Assembly: GCA_963762565.1 (NCBI GenBank)
Contig: CAVXLD010000001.1
Coordinates: 64,001-128,000, forward strand
From: an uncultured Verrucomicrobiae bacterium
Lineage (GTDB): Bacteria > Verrucomicrobiota > Verrucomicrobiia > Chthoniobacterales > JAFAMB01
Length of the DNA stretch: 64,000 nucleotides
Reading direction: 5' to 3'
Shown here in pieces: positions 48,931-59,349 of this stretch (positions within the stretch are counted from its first letter, which is position 1; the number at the start of each line of letters is the position of its first letter). The translations under genes and the position numbers were made by a program. A model generated the notes under the pieces. That model made no database searches and was not told the origin of the DNA. It worked only from the letters and a program-made list of their open reading frames with translations.

Positions 48931-50300
48931 CCTTCCGCGGCGAGCAGAGGTAGACGCAGTTCGGCAATGCAGCCGATGATTCCGTCGATGCGATTCTCGA
49001 GTGTCAGGCTGCCGCCATGGGCTTCTGCGATTTGGCGGCAGAGGACCAGGCCGATTCCGGAACCACCGGACTTGGTCGTGAAGAATGGGACGAACAAGTT
49101 TGTGGGATTAGCGATTCCGCTGCCTTCGTCGATGACCTGGACTAGCCAATCGTTTTGTGACCTGTTCCAGGCGATTTCCACGTCTCGACCTTTCTCTAAA
49201 CTGGCATCAACGGCGTTCTTCACCAGATTGATCAAGAGTTGCTCTATTTGATCGCGATCAATATTGACCACGGCTTTCTCCGTCGACGCCATTTTCACCG
49301 TGAGACGCGTCTCCAAGGCGACTACCTGGCGGACGATTGGGCCAAGCTCGACCGGACGTAAGGTCGGGGGAGGCAACCGGGCCAGCCGGGCATAGGCGGT
49401 CATAAAGCGACCTAACGCTGAGGCCCGATCCCTAATGATCCCCATCCCACCCCGTAGGTCACTTTCCCAAGAGCTTGGCCGGGCGGCCGGGGTGAGGGTG
49501 AGCAGATCGCTTAAACTCTCGGCAATCGACTGGATCGGAGCTAAAGAATTGTTAATTTCATGGCCAAGGACTCGGATCAATCTTTGCCAGGCAATCCGTT
49601 CCTCTTCGCGCAAGGCGCGGCCGAGATCGGTTAGCACTAATAGTTGATGAGGGCGACCGCCTTCGCGGAAAGTGCTACGGCGCAGACCTAAGCGAGTTCC
49701 GGATCGACCAGGAAAATCTCGATCTATGAGACGAACCGGATCTCCAACCAGACAATCATCGAGACCTAACTCAATTGCATCATGTCCGAGAGCATGTTCC
49801 TCACGGCGCATTAACAGATGGGCGCCGGCATGGTTCATCAGTCGTAGCTTTCCGTCTTCGTCGAAGGTAAAAACCGCGATTTCGACAGCGTCGATTACCG
49901 CTTTTAACAATGCGCTCGCTTCGGTGGCTTGTCGTCTTTCGACTAACAATTGGTCGCCCAACGCGTTGACTTCCCGCATGACTTCACCCAAAGAATCGGC
50001 TTGGCGAGCTGCCCGGGCGCGCAACGAATAATCACCTTCGCGGAGTGCAGCGAGTAAATTTGTCAACGTGCGGATAGGAAAAAGCACCTGTTGCCGCACA
50101 GCAGAAACGGCAGCGATCCAAATTCCGACCGCAACAACGCCGATAGTAACCCGGACTGACAAAGGCCAGGATGAATGCCAGAGCAAGAACAATGTTGCGG
50201 CCACTGCAGGCCCACCCGCAACGAAGGTAAGAACCTGGACGGAGCTTTCAAATGGTAGATTCCGCCAGCGGAGTAATGGACGTCGCGAGGAGTCGTGCAT
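48909..50300 (-). CDS. Sensor histidine kinase (2 TM, HAMP/PAS, NtrY-like)
   Basis: RVLGHEINNSLAPI H-box, INLVKNAVDA, DEGSG, FFTTK, GSGIGL. Confidence 0.94.
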   Translation of the reverse strand: MHDSSRRPLLRWRNLPFESSVQVLTFVAGGPAVAATLFLLWHSSWPLSVRVTIGVVAVGIWIAAVSAVRQQVLFPIRTLTNLLAALREGDYSLRARAARQADSLGEVMREVNALGDQLLVERRQATEASALLKAVIDAVEIAVFTFDEDGKLRLMNHAGAHLLMRREEHALGHDAIELGLDDCLVGDPVRLIDRDFPGRSGTRLGLRRSTFREGGRPHQLLVLTDLGRALREEERIAWQRLIRVLGHEINNSLAPIQSIAESLSDLLTLTPAARPSSWESDLRGGMGIIRDRASALGRFMTAYARLARLPPPTLRPVELGPIVRQVVALETRLTVKMASTEKAVVNIDRDQIEQLLINLVKNAVDASLEKGRDVEIAWNRSQNDWLVQVIDEGSGIANPTNLFVPFFTTKSGGSGIGLVLCRQIAEAHGGSLTLENRIDGIIGCIAELRLPLLAAEGKVKSER

Positions 50301-50312
50301 TTAGAAGAGGTA

Positions 50313-50651
50313 ATTTCACGCCAAGACGCAAAGACGCAAAGGTGATTCGTGATTCGTGATTAGTGATTAGTGATTGGTGATTGGTGGAGGCACTTGGTGG
50401 GGCGAGGCTCCCGAAAGAGTAAGAAGTTCTATCAGAGCTCCCGATGTTTCGCCGCTAAAGAGTTTGTTAGGCCTATTGACGCGCCGAGCCGGGGCCCAGC
50501 GATAGACCACGGCTCGGCGCCCTTAACGGCCTAGCATCGCGGGTCGGCGGGGTTAACCGCAAGGGCTTCGCTATCGCGATGGACCTTTCGGGAGCCTCGC
50601 CCCACCAATCACTTCTCACCAATCACCGATCACGTCTCGCCCTACCAATCA
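50313..50651. repeat. Nested composite: nonamer arm, GTGATT heptamer arms and family B REPIN
   Basis: 24-bp perfect IR ttggtggggcgaggctcccgaaag (50394-50417 / 50585-50608) inside heptamer arms. Confidence 0.85.
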
Positions 50652-52064
50652 CAGCCCATATTGCTGCAACCGCCGGTAAAATGTGCTACGACTCAAACCG
50701 AGAGCTTCCGCAGCGCGTCGAGCATTACCACCGTACCGATTAAGCGCTTTCTTGATTAACAACTTCTCGATGTCCTCCAAGGTCATTTCATCGAGGCGCG
50801 ATGAATCAGACGGAGTTTGTCCTCCGATATCGGCCAAGCCGAGATCCGGAGGCCGGATCTGAGCACTGTCTGTCATCAGAACGGCGCGTTCTATGGTGTG
50901 ATCGAGTTCCCGCACGTTCCCCGGCCACCGATGATAGGTGAGAGCCTTCTCGGCAGCAGGGTCAATCCCGGTAATCCGCTTAGCGTACCGGCTAGCATGA
51001 CGGTCCAAGAAGTGTTGGGCCAACGGAACGATGTCTTCCGGCCGGTCGCGCAAAGGCGGAATCTGAATCTCGACTGTTCGCAGTCGGAAATAGAGGTCTC
51101 GCCTGAACCGGCCCGATTCAACCTCAGCCGGTAAATCGGAATTCGTCGCCGACAAAAGCCTGACACTCGCGCGCCGAGTTTTGGAAGAACCGAGCCGCTC
51201 AAACTCGCCGGTCTCAACCGTGCGCAAAAGTTTGGCCTGTTGCGAGAGTGGAATATTCCCGATCTCATCCAGAAATAAGGTCCCTCCGTCGGCGATCTCG
51301 AAACGTCCGGCCCGCTCACTCTTGGCGTCCGTAAAGGCTCCTTTCATGTGGCCGAACAGTTCGCTTTCAAACAGGTTCTCGTTCAGGCCTCCCATGTTGA
51401 CTGTCACAAAGGCCTTTTCAGCTCGCTGACTGGCGACATGAATCGCTCGCGCCACCACGCCCTTTCCCGTCCCGTTTTCGCCGGTGACCAAGACATTCGC
51501 ATCAGAAGGCGCAATTCGTTGGATCGTCTCGACGACGGCGCGCATTCCCGATGATTGGGCGATTAGTCCAGTGGTCGCTAACGCCGTTTTCCGACTGGGC
51601 ATCAGGCCGGCATCTCCGCGAAGGACCTGATTTTCCGACTCCAATCGCTCGCCGCGCAGCTCGGCAGCCGAAAAATCAAGCTGCGTGCGCACAATGGCCG
51701 AGACGCGCGAATTTTCCCAGGGCTTTTCAAAGAAGTCCCGAGCGCCGGTTCGCATGGCAGCAACCGCCAGATCGACCGTCGCCCACGCCGTCATGACTAC
51801 AATTGGTGGAGCGCCCTCGATTTTTTTGATCTGGGCGATAAGCTCGAGACCTTCCTGGCCGCCCGTCGTATCACGAGCGTAATTGAGGTCCAACAATATC
51901 AGCGAGACCTCGCTATTTTCGAGAGTCTCCATCACCTCTTTAGGAGAAGTCGCCAACGCAGTCTCGTACCCTTCCTTCGCGAGAAGTATTCGGAGCGCCT
52001 CCCGGACAGCGGCTTGGTCATCGGCGATCAGGATGCGGGGTTTTTTTGCGGGTTCTCGGTTCAC
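50649..52064 (-). CDS. Sigma-54-dependent response regulator (NtrC/AtoC family)
   Basis: RILIADD receiver, GENGTGK, ESELFGH..GAFTDA, FLDEIG, WPGNVREL, Fis HTH; GTG at 52064 preferred because upstream is repeat-derived. Confidence 0.93.
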   Translation of the reverse strand: MNREPAKKPRILIADDQAAVREALRILLAKEGYETALATSPKEVMETLENSEVSLILLDLNYARDTTGGQEGLELIAQIKKIEGAPPIVVMTAWATVDLAVAAMRTGARDFFEKPWENSRVSAIVRTQLDFSAAELRGERLESENQVLRGDAGLMPSRKTALATTGLIAQSSGMRAVVETIQRIAPSDANVLVTGENGTGKGVVARAIHVASQRAEKAFVTVNMGGLNENLFESELFGHMKGAFTDAKSERAGRFEIADGGTLFLDEIGNIPLSQQAKLLRTVETGEFERLGSSKTRRASVRLLSATNSDLPAEVESGRFRRDLYFRLRTVEIQIPPLRDRPEDIVPLAQHFLDRHASRYAKRITGIDPAAEKALTYHRWPGNVRELDHTIERAVLMTDSAQIRPPDLGLADIGGQTPSDSSRLDEMTLEDIEKLLIKKALNRYGGNARRAAEALGLSRSTFYRRLQQYGL

Positions 52065-52360
52065 GGTTCGCAGTTCACGGTTGGCGGTTGCGGTTGGAGT
52101 TGTTCCTCGTCCTCGTTCACGTCGTCGTCCTCGTCCTCGAAAGGTTTGCACCGGGACCCAGCGGCAACATCCGCTCTATGTTGATACAGGAAATAACAAT
52201 CATCGAAAAAGCCTTACAAGATACGCGTGACCAGTAGAAAGGCCCATTCGCGAAGAATTAGCAACAACTTCTCATTGGTTGCGTGAGGATAACCGAGGGG
52301 ACAACCGCAAACTGCAAGCCGCTAACCTTGACACCCTCGAGGACGAGGACGAGAACGATT
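52050..52360. repeat. GGTT-type heptamer arms and CTCGTC/GAGGAC hexamer arms
   Basis: ggttcacggttcgcagttcacggttggcgg; ctcgtcctcg...; aaccgcaaactgc; tcgaggacgaggacgag. Confidence 0.78.
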
Positions 52361-52430
52361 ATCAGCCAGCAGCCGTGCCCCGCACTGTGTGCATTGACGA
52401 CGCTGAGGGTGTTAGTAGACTCCGCAACCA

Positions 52431-52793
52431 ATGGAAGTGATTAATCGTAACGAGGTCGCGGCATTCGTCGGACCGGATGGCGGCATTATCCGGGAGCTTG
52501 CTGCTAGCCGGAATTCATCGGCCCGAAAACAGAGTTTGGCCGAGGCTACGATTCCGGTCGGAGGAACGGTTACCGAACATTTTCACAAAACCACAGAAGA
52601 GTTTTACTACATCCTCAGCGGAACCGGCCTGATGAAGATCGAGGACGAACTGAGAGAAGTGGGTCCGGGAGACACGGTTATTATCATTCCCGGTAAACGC
52701 CACAAGATCACAAACAACGGCCAAGTTCCGTTAGTTCTGCTGGCGTGCTGTTCACCTGAATGGACTGCAGAAGATCAGGTGCTGGTGGACTGA
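52431..52793 (+). CDS. Cupin domain protein
   Basis: SLAEAT, EHFHKTTEEFYYILSGTG, IPGKRHKITN. Confidence 0.9.
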   Translation: MEVINRNEVAAFVGPDGGIIRELAASRNSSARKQSLAEATIPVGGTVTEHFHKTTEEFYYILSGTGLMKIEDELREVGPGDTVIIIPGKRHKITNNGQVPLVLLACCSPEWTAEDQVLVD

Positions 52794-52801
52794 TTAAAAC
52801 C

Positions 52802-53306
52802 AAATTTCACCACAGAGACACAGAGGACACGGAGAACTGATCACAGACTAATTATAACACTTTACATTTATGGTGTGTATGCGATGATCGGAATATGGAA
52901 GGGTTTAGAAATGACCTAACGCATGCCGCAATCGGCATGGCCATCGAAGTACACCGGGAGCTCGGCCCCGGGCTCCTCGAATCGGCTTACGAAGAATGCC
53001 TCGCCTACGAGTTGCACCAATCCTCCTTGAGATTTGTTCGACAAAATCCCTTGCCTATCAAATACAAAGGCTTGGAGCTAGAATGCGGCTACCGGGTAGA
53101 CCTCCTCATTGAAGATGAGCTAGTTATCGAGTTAAAGAGCGTCGAAGAGCTGCTCCCGATCTTCGATGCCCAAGTCTTAACCTACATGAAGTTGGCCGAC
53201 AAGCATTTAGGGCTGTTGATCAATTTTAACGTGCCAATGCTGAAAACGGGAATCAAAAGATTTGTCCGTTGAGCTCCGTGTCCTCTGTGTCTCTGTGGTG
53301 AAATTT
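52802..53306. mobile_element. Putative autonomous palindromic element: GxxExxY gene between 33-bp perfect inverted arms
   Basis: aaatttcaccacagagacacagaggacacggag (52802-52834) / exact reverse complement 53274-53306. Confidence 0.7.
52895..53272 (+). CDS. GxxExxY protein (PD-(D/E)XK nuclease superfamily)
   Basis: VHRELGPGLLESAYEECL, YRVDLLIE, VIELKSV, AQVLTY, GLLINFN. Confidence 0.93.
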   Translation: MEGFRNDLTHAAIGMAIEVHRELGPGLLESAYEECLAYELHQSSLRFVRQNPLPIKYKGLELECGYRVDLLIEDELVIELKSVEELLPIFDAQVLTYMKLADKHLGLLINFNVPMLKTGIKRFVR

Positions 53307-53310
53307 TGTT

Positions 53311-54672
<1,362 letters not shown>

Positions 54673-54881
54673 GAGAAACGGGGAGCAGATTTTATCCCAA
54701 ACTGTTTAAGCAATCGGTGAGTTATTAGAAAAGGATAAAAAAGAACGAACGCAGCAAATGATGGGCAACTGTGCATTATTCTAAGCGAGGCGCTCCGGAA
54801 ACTGGGTAACAAAGCCGCCTAGAAACGGTCTGGCTTAAGCAGAAAGCGATTTTCCCCTCGTCGTGCGCGCACCCCGGTTTT

Positions 54882-55560
54882 TACCCCAAAGGGGTAATAG
54901 GACTCAGCCTGGGGTTTTAACCCCAGGAATGCGCCAAAAAAAAGACCCCCGCCCTGAAAGGGCGGCAGATTTTTGGAATGACAAATACATCAATATATTA
55001 TGTAATAGATACAATGTCTTAATCACTGGCACGCATCTTGATTCACCTTGTCTTTTCGACCAAGAACCGGGTCGCGTTCTTGCAATCTCAACAGCTCCGA
55101 TCTGAAGTTCACGCGTATCTTACTGCGACTTTACGCGCCCTGGATTGCGAACCCGTTCAGGTCGGCGGAGTCAGCGATCACGTACATCTACTCTTTGGTC
55201 TTTCCCGAACCGTCTCGCTGGTAGATGTAGTTAAACAGCTTAAAACCAGCTCCACGAAGACGATTCGAGAGAAAGGTCATCACGCTTTCAGTTGGCAAAC
55301 CGGCTACGGCGCCTTCTCAGTCAGCGAATCGAATAAAAGCGCAGTCATCGACTACATCATCAATCAAGAAATCCACCATCGTAAGATGACATTCCAAGAA
55401 GAAATCAGGGTGCTTCTAACCAAGCACAGTATGCGTTTCGATGAGCGATACGTCTGGGATTGAGACACTCTCAATCTGCCGCCCTTTCAGGGCGGGGCAT
55501 TTTTGGGGCGCATTCCTGGGGTTAAAACCCCAGGCTGAGTCCTATTACCCCTTCGGGGTA
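54882..55560. mobile_element. IS200/RAYT-like element with ~90-bp multi-hairpin inverted arms
   Basis: Arms 54882-54971 and 55473-55560, each with taccccNNNggggta, cctgggg-N6-ccccagg and cgccct-N4-agggcg-type hairpins. Confidence 0.85.
55014..55463 (+). pseudogene. tnpA: HUH Y1 transposase (IS200/IS605 TnpA, RAYT-like) with TAA at codon 3
   Basis: MS*SLARILIHLVFSTKNR, DHVHLL (HUH), FSWQTGYGAFSVS, YIINQEIHH; in-frame TTG at 55038 could restart. Confidence 0.8.
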
Positions 55561-55632
55561 CAACCCCAACGTCCGAAAGATCGGCGCTTCGTTAGAACCT
55601 GACGTTCTTTCGGGAGGCGCACCCTAGCAACG

Positions 55633-56730
55633 TCACAAATTCCCTCGTTTTGCCTGCTCGCGTTCTAACGCTTCAAACAACGCTTTGAAATTACCTGCTC
55701 CGAAACCCTGACTGCCATGACGGCGGATAACTTCATAAAACACTGTTGGCCGATCCTCAACGGGTTGGCTGAAAATCTGAAGCAGGTAACCTTCTTCATC
55801 TCGGTCGACAAGAATGCCCCGACGCCCTAATTCGCGATAGTCTTCTTCAATCTCGCCGATCCGTGACGGTAGTTCTTCGTAGTAGGTCTCCGGCACCCGC
55901 AGAAAGTCGACTCCTGCCGCGCGTAAAGCATCAACCGTGGCAATGATATCTTTCGTCGCTAGAGCGATATGTTGCACCCCGGGCCCGCCGTAGTGAATCA
56001 GGTATTCCTCGATCTGGCTGCGCCTTTTTCCTTCCGCTGGTTCATTAATCGGAAACTTGATGCGTCCGGAACCGTTTTGCATGACTTTGCTCATCAGGGC
56101 CGAATAGTCAGTACTGATGTCTTTATCGCTGAAGTGGGTTAGCTGGCTAAACCCAAGGACTTCACGATAGAAATCAACCCAATGATTCATCTGCCCTAAT
56201 TCGACGTTCCCAACGATGTGGTCGATGGCCGCGATCCCGGTCTCTGGCGCCGGAGGCTGATTGGCGATTTCTTTAAAGCCTGGAAAGATCCCGCGATAGT
56301 TTCGGCGCTCAATGAAACTGTGTACCGTGTCTCCATAGGTAGCGATCGAGGCTCGCACGAAGCGTCCGCTGCCGTCCTCAAATTCTTGTGGTTCTTGAAC
56401 ACCTTTGGCGCCTCGGCGCAAAGCCTCTTGATAAGCAGCTCGAGCATCACTAACTCTCAATGCGATATCGCGAACGCCATCGCCATGACGCGCAATGTGT
56501 CGTGATACGTCTGGCGCAGAATCCGGAGCAAGTGGTGAAGTTAAGAGAAAATGAACCTGGCCTTTTTTTAGCAACCAGGAGGCGCGATCTCGCACTCCGG
56601 TTTCCAGACCTGAGTAGGCAATTGGAACCAAGCCGAGGGCCGTGCGGTAGTAATGAGCGGCTTGCCGAGCATTTGATACGTAGAACTCGACGTAATCAAT
56701 TCCGTGAAAATCGAAAGGATCTGAACTCAT
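55633..56730 (-). CDS. hppD: 4-hydroxyphenylpyruvate dioxygenase
   Basis: HGDGVRDIA, IDHIVGNV, FPINEP, GVQHIAL, GYLLQIF, GFGAGNFKALFEALE. Confidence 0.96.
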   Translation of the reverse strand: MSSDPFDFHGIDYVEFYVSNARQAAHYYRTALGLVPIAYSGLETGVRDRASWLLKKGQVHFLLTSPLAPDSAPDVSRHIARHGDGVRDIALRVSDARAAYQEALRRGAKGVQEPQEFEDGSGRFVRASIATYGDTVHSFIERRNYRGIFPGFKEIANQPPAPETGIAAIDHIVGNVELGQMNHWVDFYREVLGFSQLTHFSDKDISTDYSALMSKVMQNGSGRIKFPINEPAEGKRRSQIEEYLIHYGGPGVQHIALATKDIIATVDALRAAGVDFLRVPETYYEELPSRIGEIEEDYRELGRRGILVDRDEEGYLLQIFSQPVEDRPTVFYEVIRRHGSQGFGAGNFKALFEALEREQAKRGNL

Positions 56731-56857
56731 ATGGGCTTCTTCGGTTTTGAGTGACGCGTACTCCCAGACGCATCATTGGAGGTGATATTCAGGCTATCAT
56801 TAAGTAGAGAATGAAACAACGGAAAGGACGACCTTTGGTGGGGCGAGCCTCCGGAAA

Positions 56858-57084
56858 GACCGGTAGGGCGAAAATCTCGGCGCGCCCAACGGAAACCATT
56901 TTTTTTGTGACTCAATCGCGCCGGATTTGAGCCATGCGTGGGCCCTGCATCGTCCGGGACGCAATCGTTCTGTGGCGTGTCGAACCGTCGGAAGTTGCGG
57001 CTCCACGGAGCGGCTCAAATCCGGCGCGGTTAGACGTTTTAAAAAACGCATCCTGGGCGCGCCGAGATTTTCGCCCTACCGGTC
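56858..57084. repeat. REPIN-like element, family A, preceded by a family B arm (56836-56858)
   Basis: 31-bp perfect IR gaccggtagggcgaaaatctcggcgcgccca; inner cgcgccggatttgagcc / ggctcaaatccggcgcg. Confidence 0.87.
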
Positions 57085-57639
57085 CTGGGTCGGCAAAGCG
57101 TGGGTACCCAAGATTCCGCGATCCGGAATACCATACGCCGTGCGCGACTCTGCAATGATACCAAGAGTATCTTTCGACTCGGGGACGAGACGATAAATAC
57201 GCCCTTTGGGGATAATCACATAATCACCGGGACGATAAGGCAGGATGCCGAACTCGGTCTCGAAGACACCAACCCCACGATGGAAGAAATAGAGTTCGTC
57301 GCCATCGACCGTTCGATAGAGGAACGGCATTGCCTCACGCCTCCGAGTTAAATAGAGCGAGAACGAACGCCGGGCACATGCCGCCATGGATTGCATCAAC
57401 AAGGCCGGCGTTCCTTTCGGGTCCGCTAAATCCAGCGTCTCGATCGTCCGGCAATCCATAGCGATCGGCTTTAGAGAACCTTCAATCCGCTTCCAGGCCG
57501 AGGGCATCTCTTTAGCGTAAAGATGGGTGGCTTCACCAAAAAAGCCTTCGCGGCCATACTCCATTTCATAGGTCCCTTCCGGGACACCAACGTGCGCCTG
57601 ATTCGGATAAACGCCGTTTTTAAGGGGGAAGCGCTGCAT
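57076..57639 (-). pseudogene. hmgA: Homogentisate 1,2-dioxygenase, N-terminal half only
   Basis: QAHVGVPEGTYEMEYGREGFFG, DGDELYFFHRG, ETEFG..YRPGDYVIIPKG; upstream of hppD; ends at a TAG inside the family A element. Confidence 0.78.
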
Positions 57640-57704
57640 GCTGGCAATGTATTCCGGGGGCCGGGGAGCACAAGAGCGTGGCACGCGGTAAGGGGTGGCA
57701 GCAC

Positions 57705-57935
57705 AAGTAAGCAGTAAGCAGTTTAGGAGCTAGAATCTAGGAGCAAGGAGGGCGGGGGCTTGGCAGCCGACGGTGCGGGTGGCATGCGAGTAATCAGTGA
57801 TCGGTAAGTCAGTAGTCAGTGCTGAAGGCGGATCGATCACTGCTTACTGCTTACTTTGAGACTCCTGGCTATCTTTCGTCCAACGTCCGCCAGACCCCCG
57901 ACCCGTTAGCTCCTAGATTCTAGCTCCTAGCTCCT
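57705..57935. repeat. Composite CAGTAAG and GGAGCTA arms
   Basis: agtaagcagtaagcag, aggagctagaatctaggagc ... ctgcttactgcttact, tagctcctagattctagctcctagctcct. Confidence 0.85.
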
Positions 57936-57978
57936 CTTTTTTCGAGCTTTCTGAACGATTCCGGCTATAAACCCTGGC

Positions 57979-58392
57979 GTGAACCTTTGGCAAAAATTGA
58001 GCTTATTGGCTGTGGTCGCCTTGCTCTTACCCTTCGTCGCTTCAGCTCAAGAGCAGGCAAGTAAGTATCATTACGACGGGATCTACAAAGGGACGGTCCT
58101 GATCGACCTTTTGGTGAACGGAAATGACAAGCAACGGGCTAAGGCCCAGGCCGTTTTTTATCCGGACGGGCGCCTGCTCGTGTTGACGGTCGAATCGCCG
58201 CAAGTTCGCAACCCGATGAATATCAAAGGCGTGCTCCGAAAAAACGTCTTTACCGGAAACTGGAAGAAAGGGCTCTTCGGGACTGATCTTTCTGTCGAAG
58301 CCACCTTCCACAGTGGCTCCGCTGTACTCATCGTTACCGAGAAAAACAAGAAACCTGAGAAATGGTTCTTTACGAAGGTAAGCGGAGCGTGA
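57979..58392 (+). CDS. Hypothetical secreted protein
   Basis: Signal peptide ending ASA-QE; beta-rich mature part. Confidence 0.75.
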   Translation: MNLWQKLSLLAVVALLLPFVASAQEQASKYHYDGIYKGTVLIDLLVNGNDKQRAKAQAVFYPDGRLLVLTVESPQVRNPMNIKGVLRKNVFTGNWKKGLFGTDLSVEATFHSGSAVLIVTEKNKKPEKWFFTKVSGA

Positions 58393-58451
58393 CTTCGTTG
58401 TGAGAAGTGATGGTGAGGCGAGGCGGCCTCCTGGCTCCTAGATTCTAGCTT

Positions 58452-59093
58452 CTAGCTTCTAGCTCCTTTTTTGGATCGCTTCGGCGCTGTTTCTTGGGCC
58501 TGGTGCAAGCGCGCGAGCATCATCTCGATAGCTGTGTCCAGACAATGTTGCGCGGAGTATAACGTTAGGGCCCCATGGCTTCGCCGGAGAGAATCTATGA
58601 AGATGACTCCTTCCAGCATATCGATGAGCATCTCAACGTCCGCGCCGCGCCGCGGTTTTTTTTGCTGCGAGGTCAACAGCGTGTTCATCGCCGAACGCAT
58701 CGGCCTGAAAACGTCGTGCAAGACGTCGCGATGATCTTTGCTGAAATGATGCAACTCACCGAGCAGTACCCGGATGATAGGCAGACTCTCATCCATTAGC
58801 CGGTGTTGAAGCTTGGCGTAATGTAATAAAGCGGCGCGCAGGTCGCCGGGTGGCTCGTGCACAACAGGCGGCTCAATCCGCCGCGCAAAAAAACGTTCTA
58901 CTACGGCGCGCAAAAGCTTTTCCTTCGTGCCAAAGCGGCGAAAGAGCGTCATTTCGCTGAGGCCGGCTTCGATGGCGATTTCCCGGGTGGTAGCGCCTTT
59001 TAGGCCTTTACGCGCAAATACCCGGGCGGCAGCATCAAGAAGTCTTTCTGCAGCGTTGCTTCTTTGGGGGGTCTGACTCTGGGGTCGACGCAC
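58452..59093 (-). CDS. TetR/AcrR family regulator
   Basis: RLLDAAARVFARKGLKGATTREIAIEAGLSEMTLFRRFGTKEKL. Confidence 0.93.
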   Translation of the reverse strand: MRRPQSQTPQRSNAAERLLDAAARVFARKGLKGATTREIAIEAGLSEMTLFRRFGTKEKLLRAVVERFFARRIEPPVVHEPPGDLRAALLHYAKLQHRLMDESLPIIRVLLGELHHFSKDHRDVLHDVFRPMRSAMNTLLTSQQKKPRRGADVEMLIDMLEGVIFIDSLRRSHGALTLYSAQHCLDTAIEMMLARLHQAQETAPKRSKKGARS

Positions 59094-59183
59094 TGATTAC
59101 CGCAAGCAAAGTCGCAAATGCTAGGCGCAAGTCAACTTTTAATCATACTTAACCTCTTACATCGGTTGATATTACGTTGAGGG

Positions 59184-59265
59184 GTTTGCAGTTTGCGGTT
59201 GACGGTTGGGGGTGGCGGCTTCGGCCGTCAATGAACCGCTAACGGCAAACCGCCAACCGCCCAAC
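59184..59265. repeat. Inverted GCGGTT-type heptamer arms
   Basis: gtttgcagtttgcggttgacggttgg / aaccgctaacggcaaaccgccaaccg. Confidence 0.72.
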
Positions 59266-59272
59266 CCTCAGG

Positions 59273-59294
59273 CCGTCACAGAAATGTCACAAAG
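59273..59294 (+). promoter_or_regulatory. Putative PHO box
   Basis: 11-bp-spaced direct repeat ccGTCACAgaa atGTCACAaag upstream of pstS. Confidence 0.65.
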
Positions 59295-59349
59295 CAGAGT
59301 TTGCCCGAAGCGCGACTTTCGATCAGTGGAAGAATGACTGCTTCAGACT

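Noticed and set aside
52065..52151. N-terminal extension MQTFRGRGRRRERGRG of the response regulator
   Set aside because: Encoded by hexamer/heptamer arms; the receiver domain begins after 52064
54673..54860. Purine riboswitch upstream of NCS2 permease
   Set aside because: No recognisable aptamer core; an Rfam/Infernal scan would be needed to exclude it
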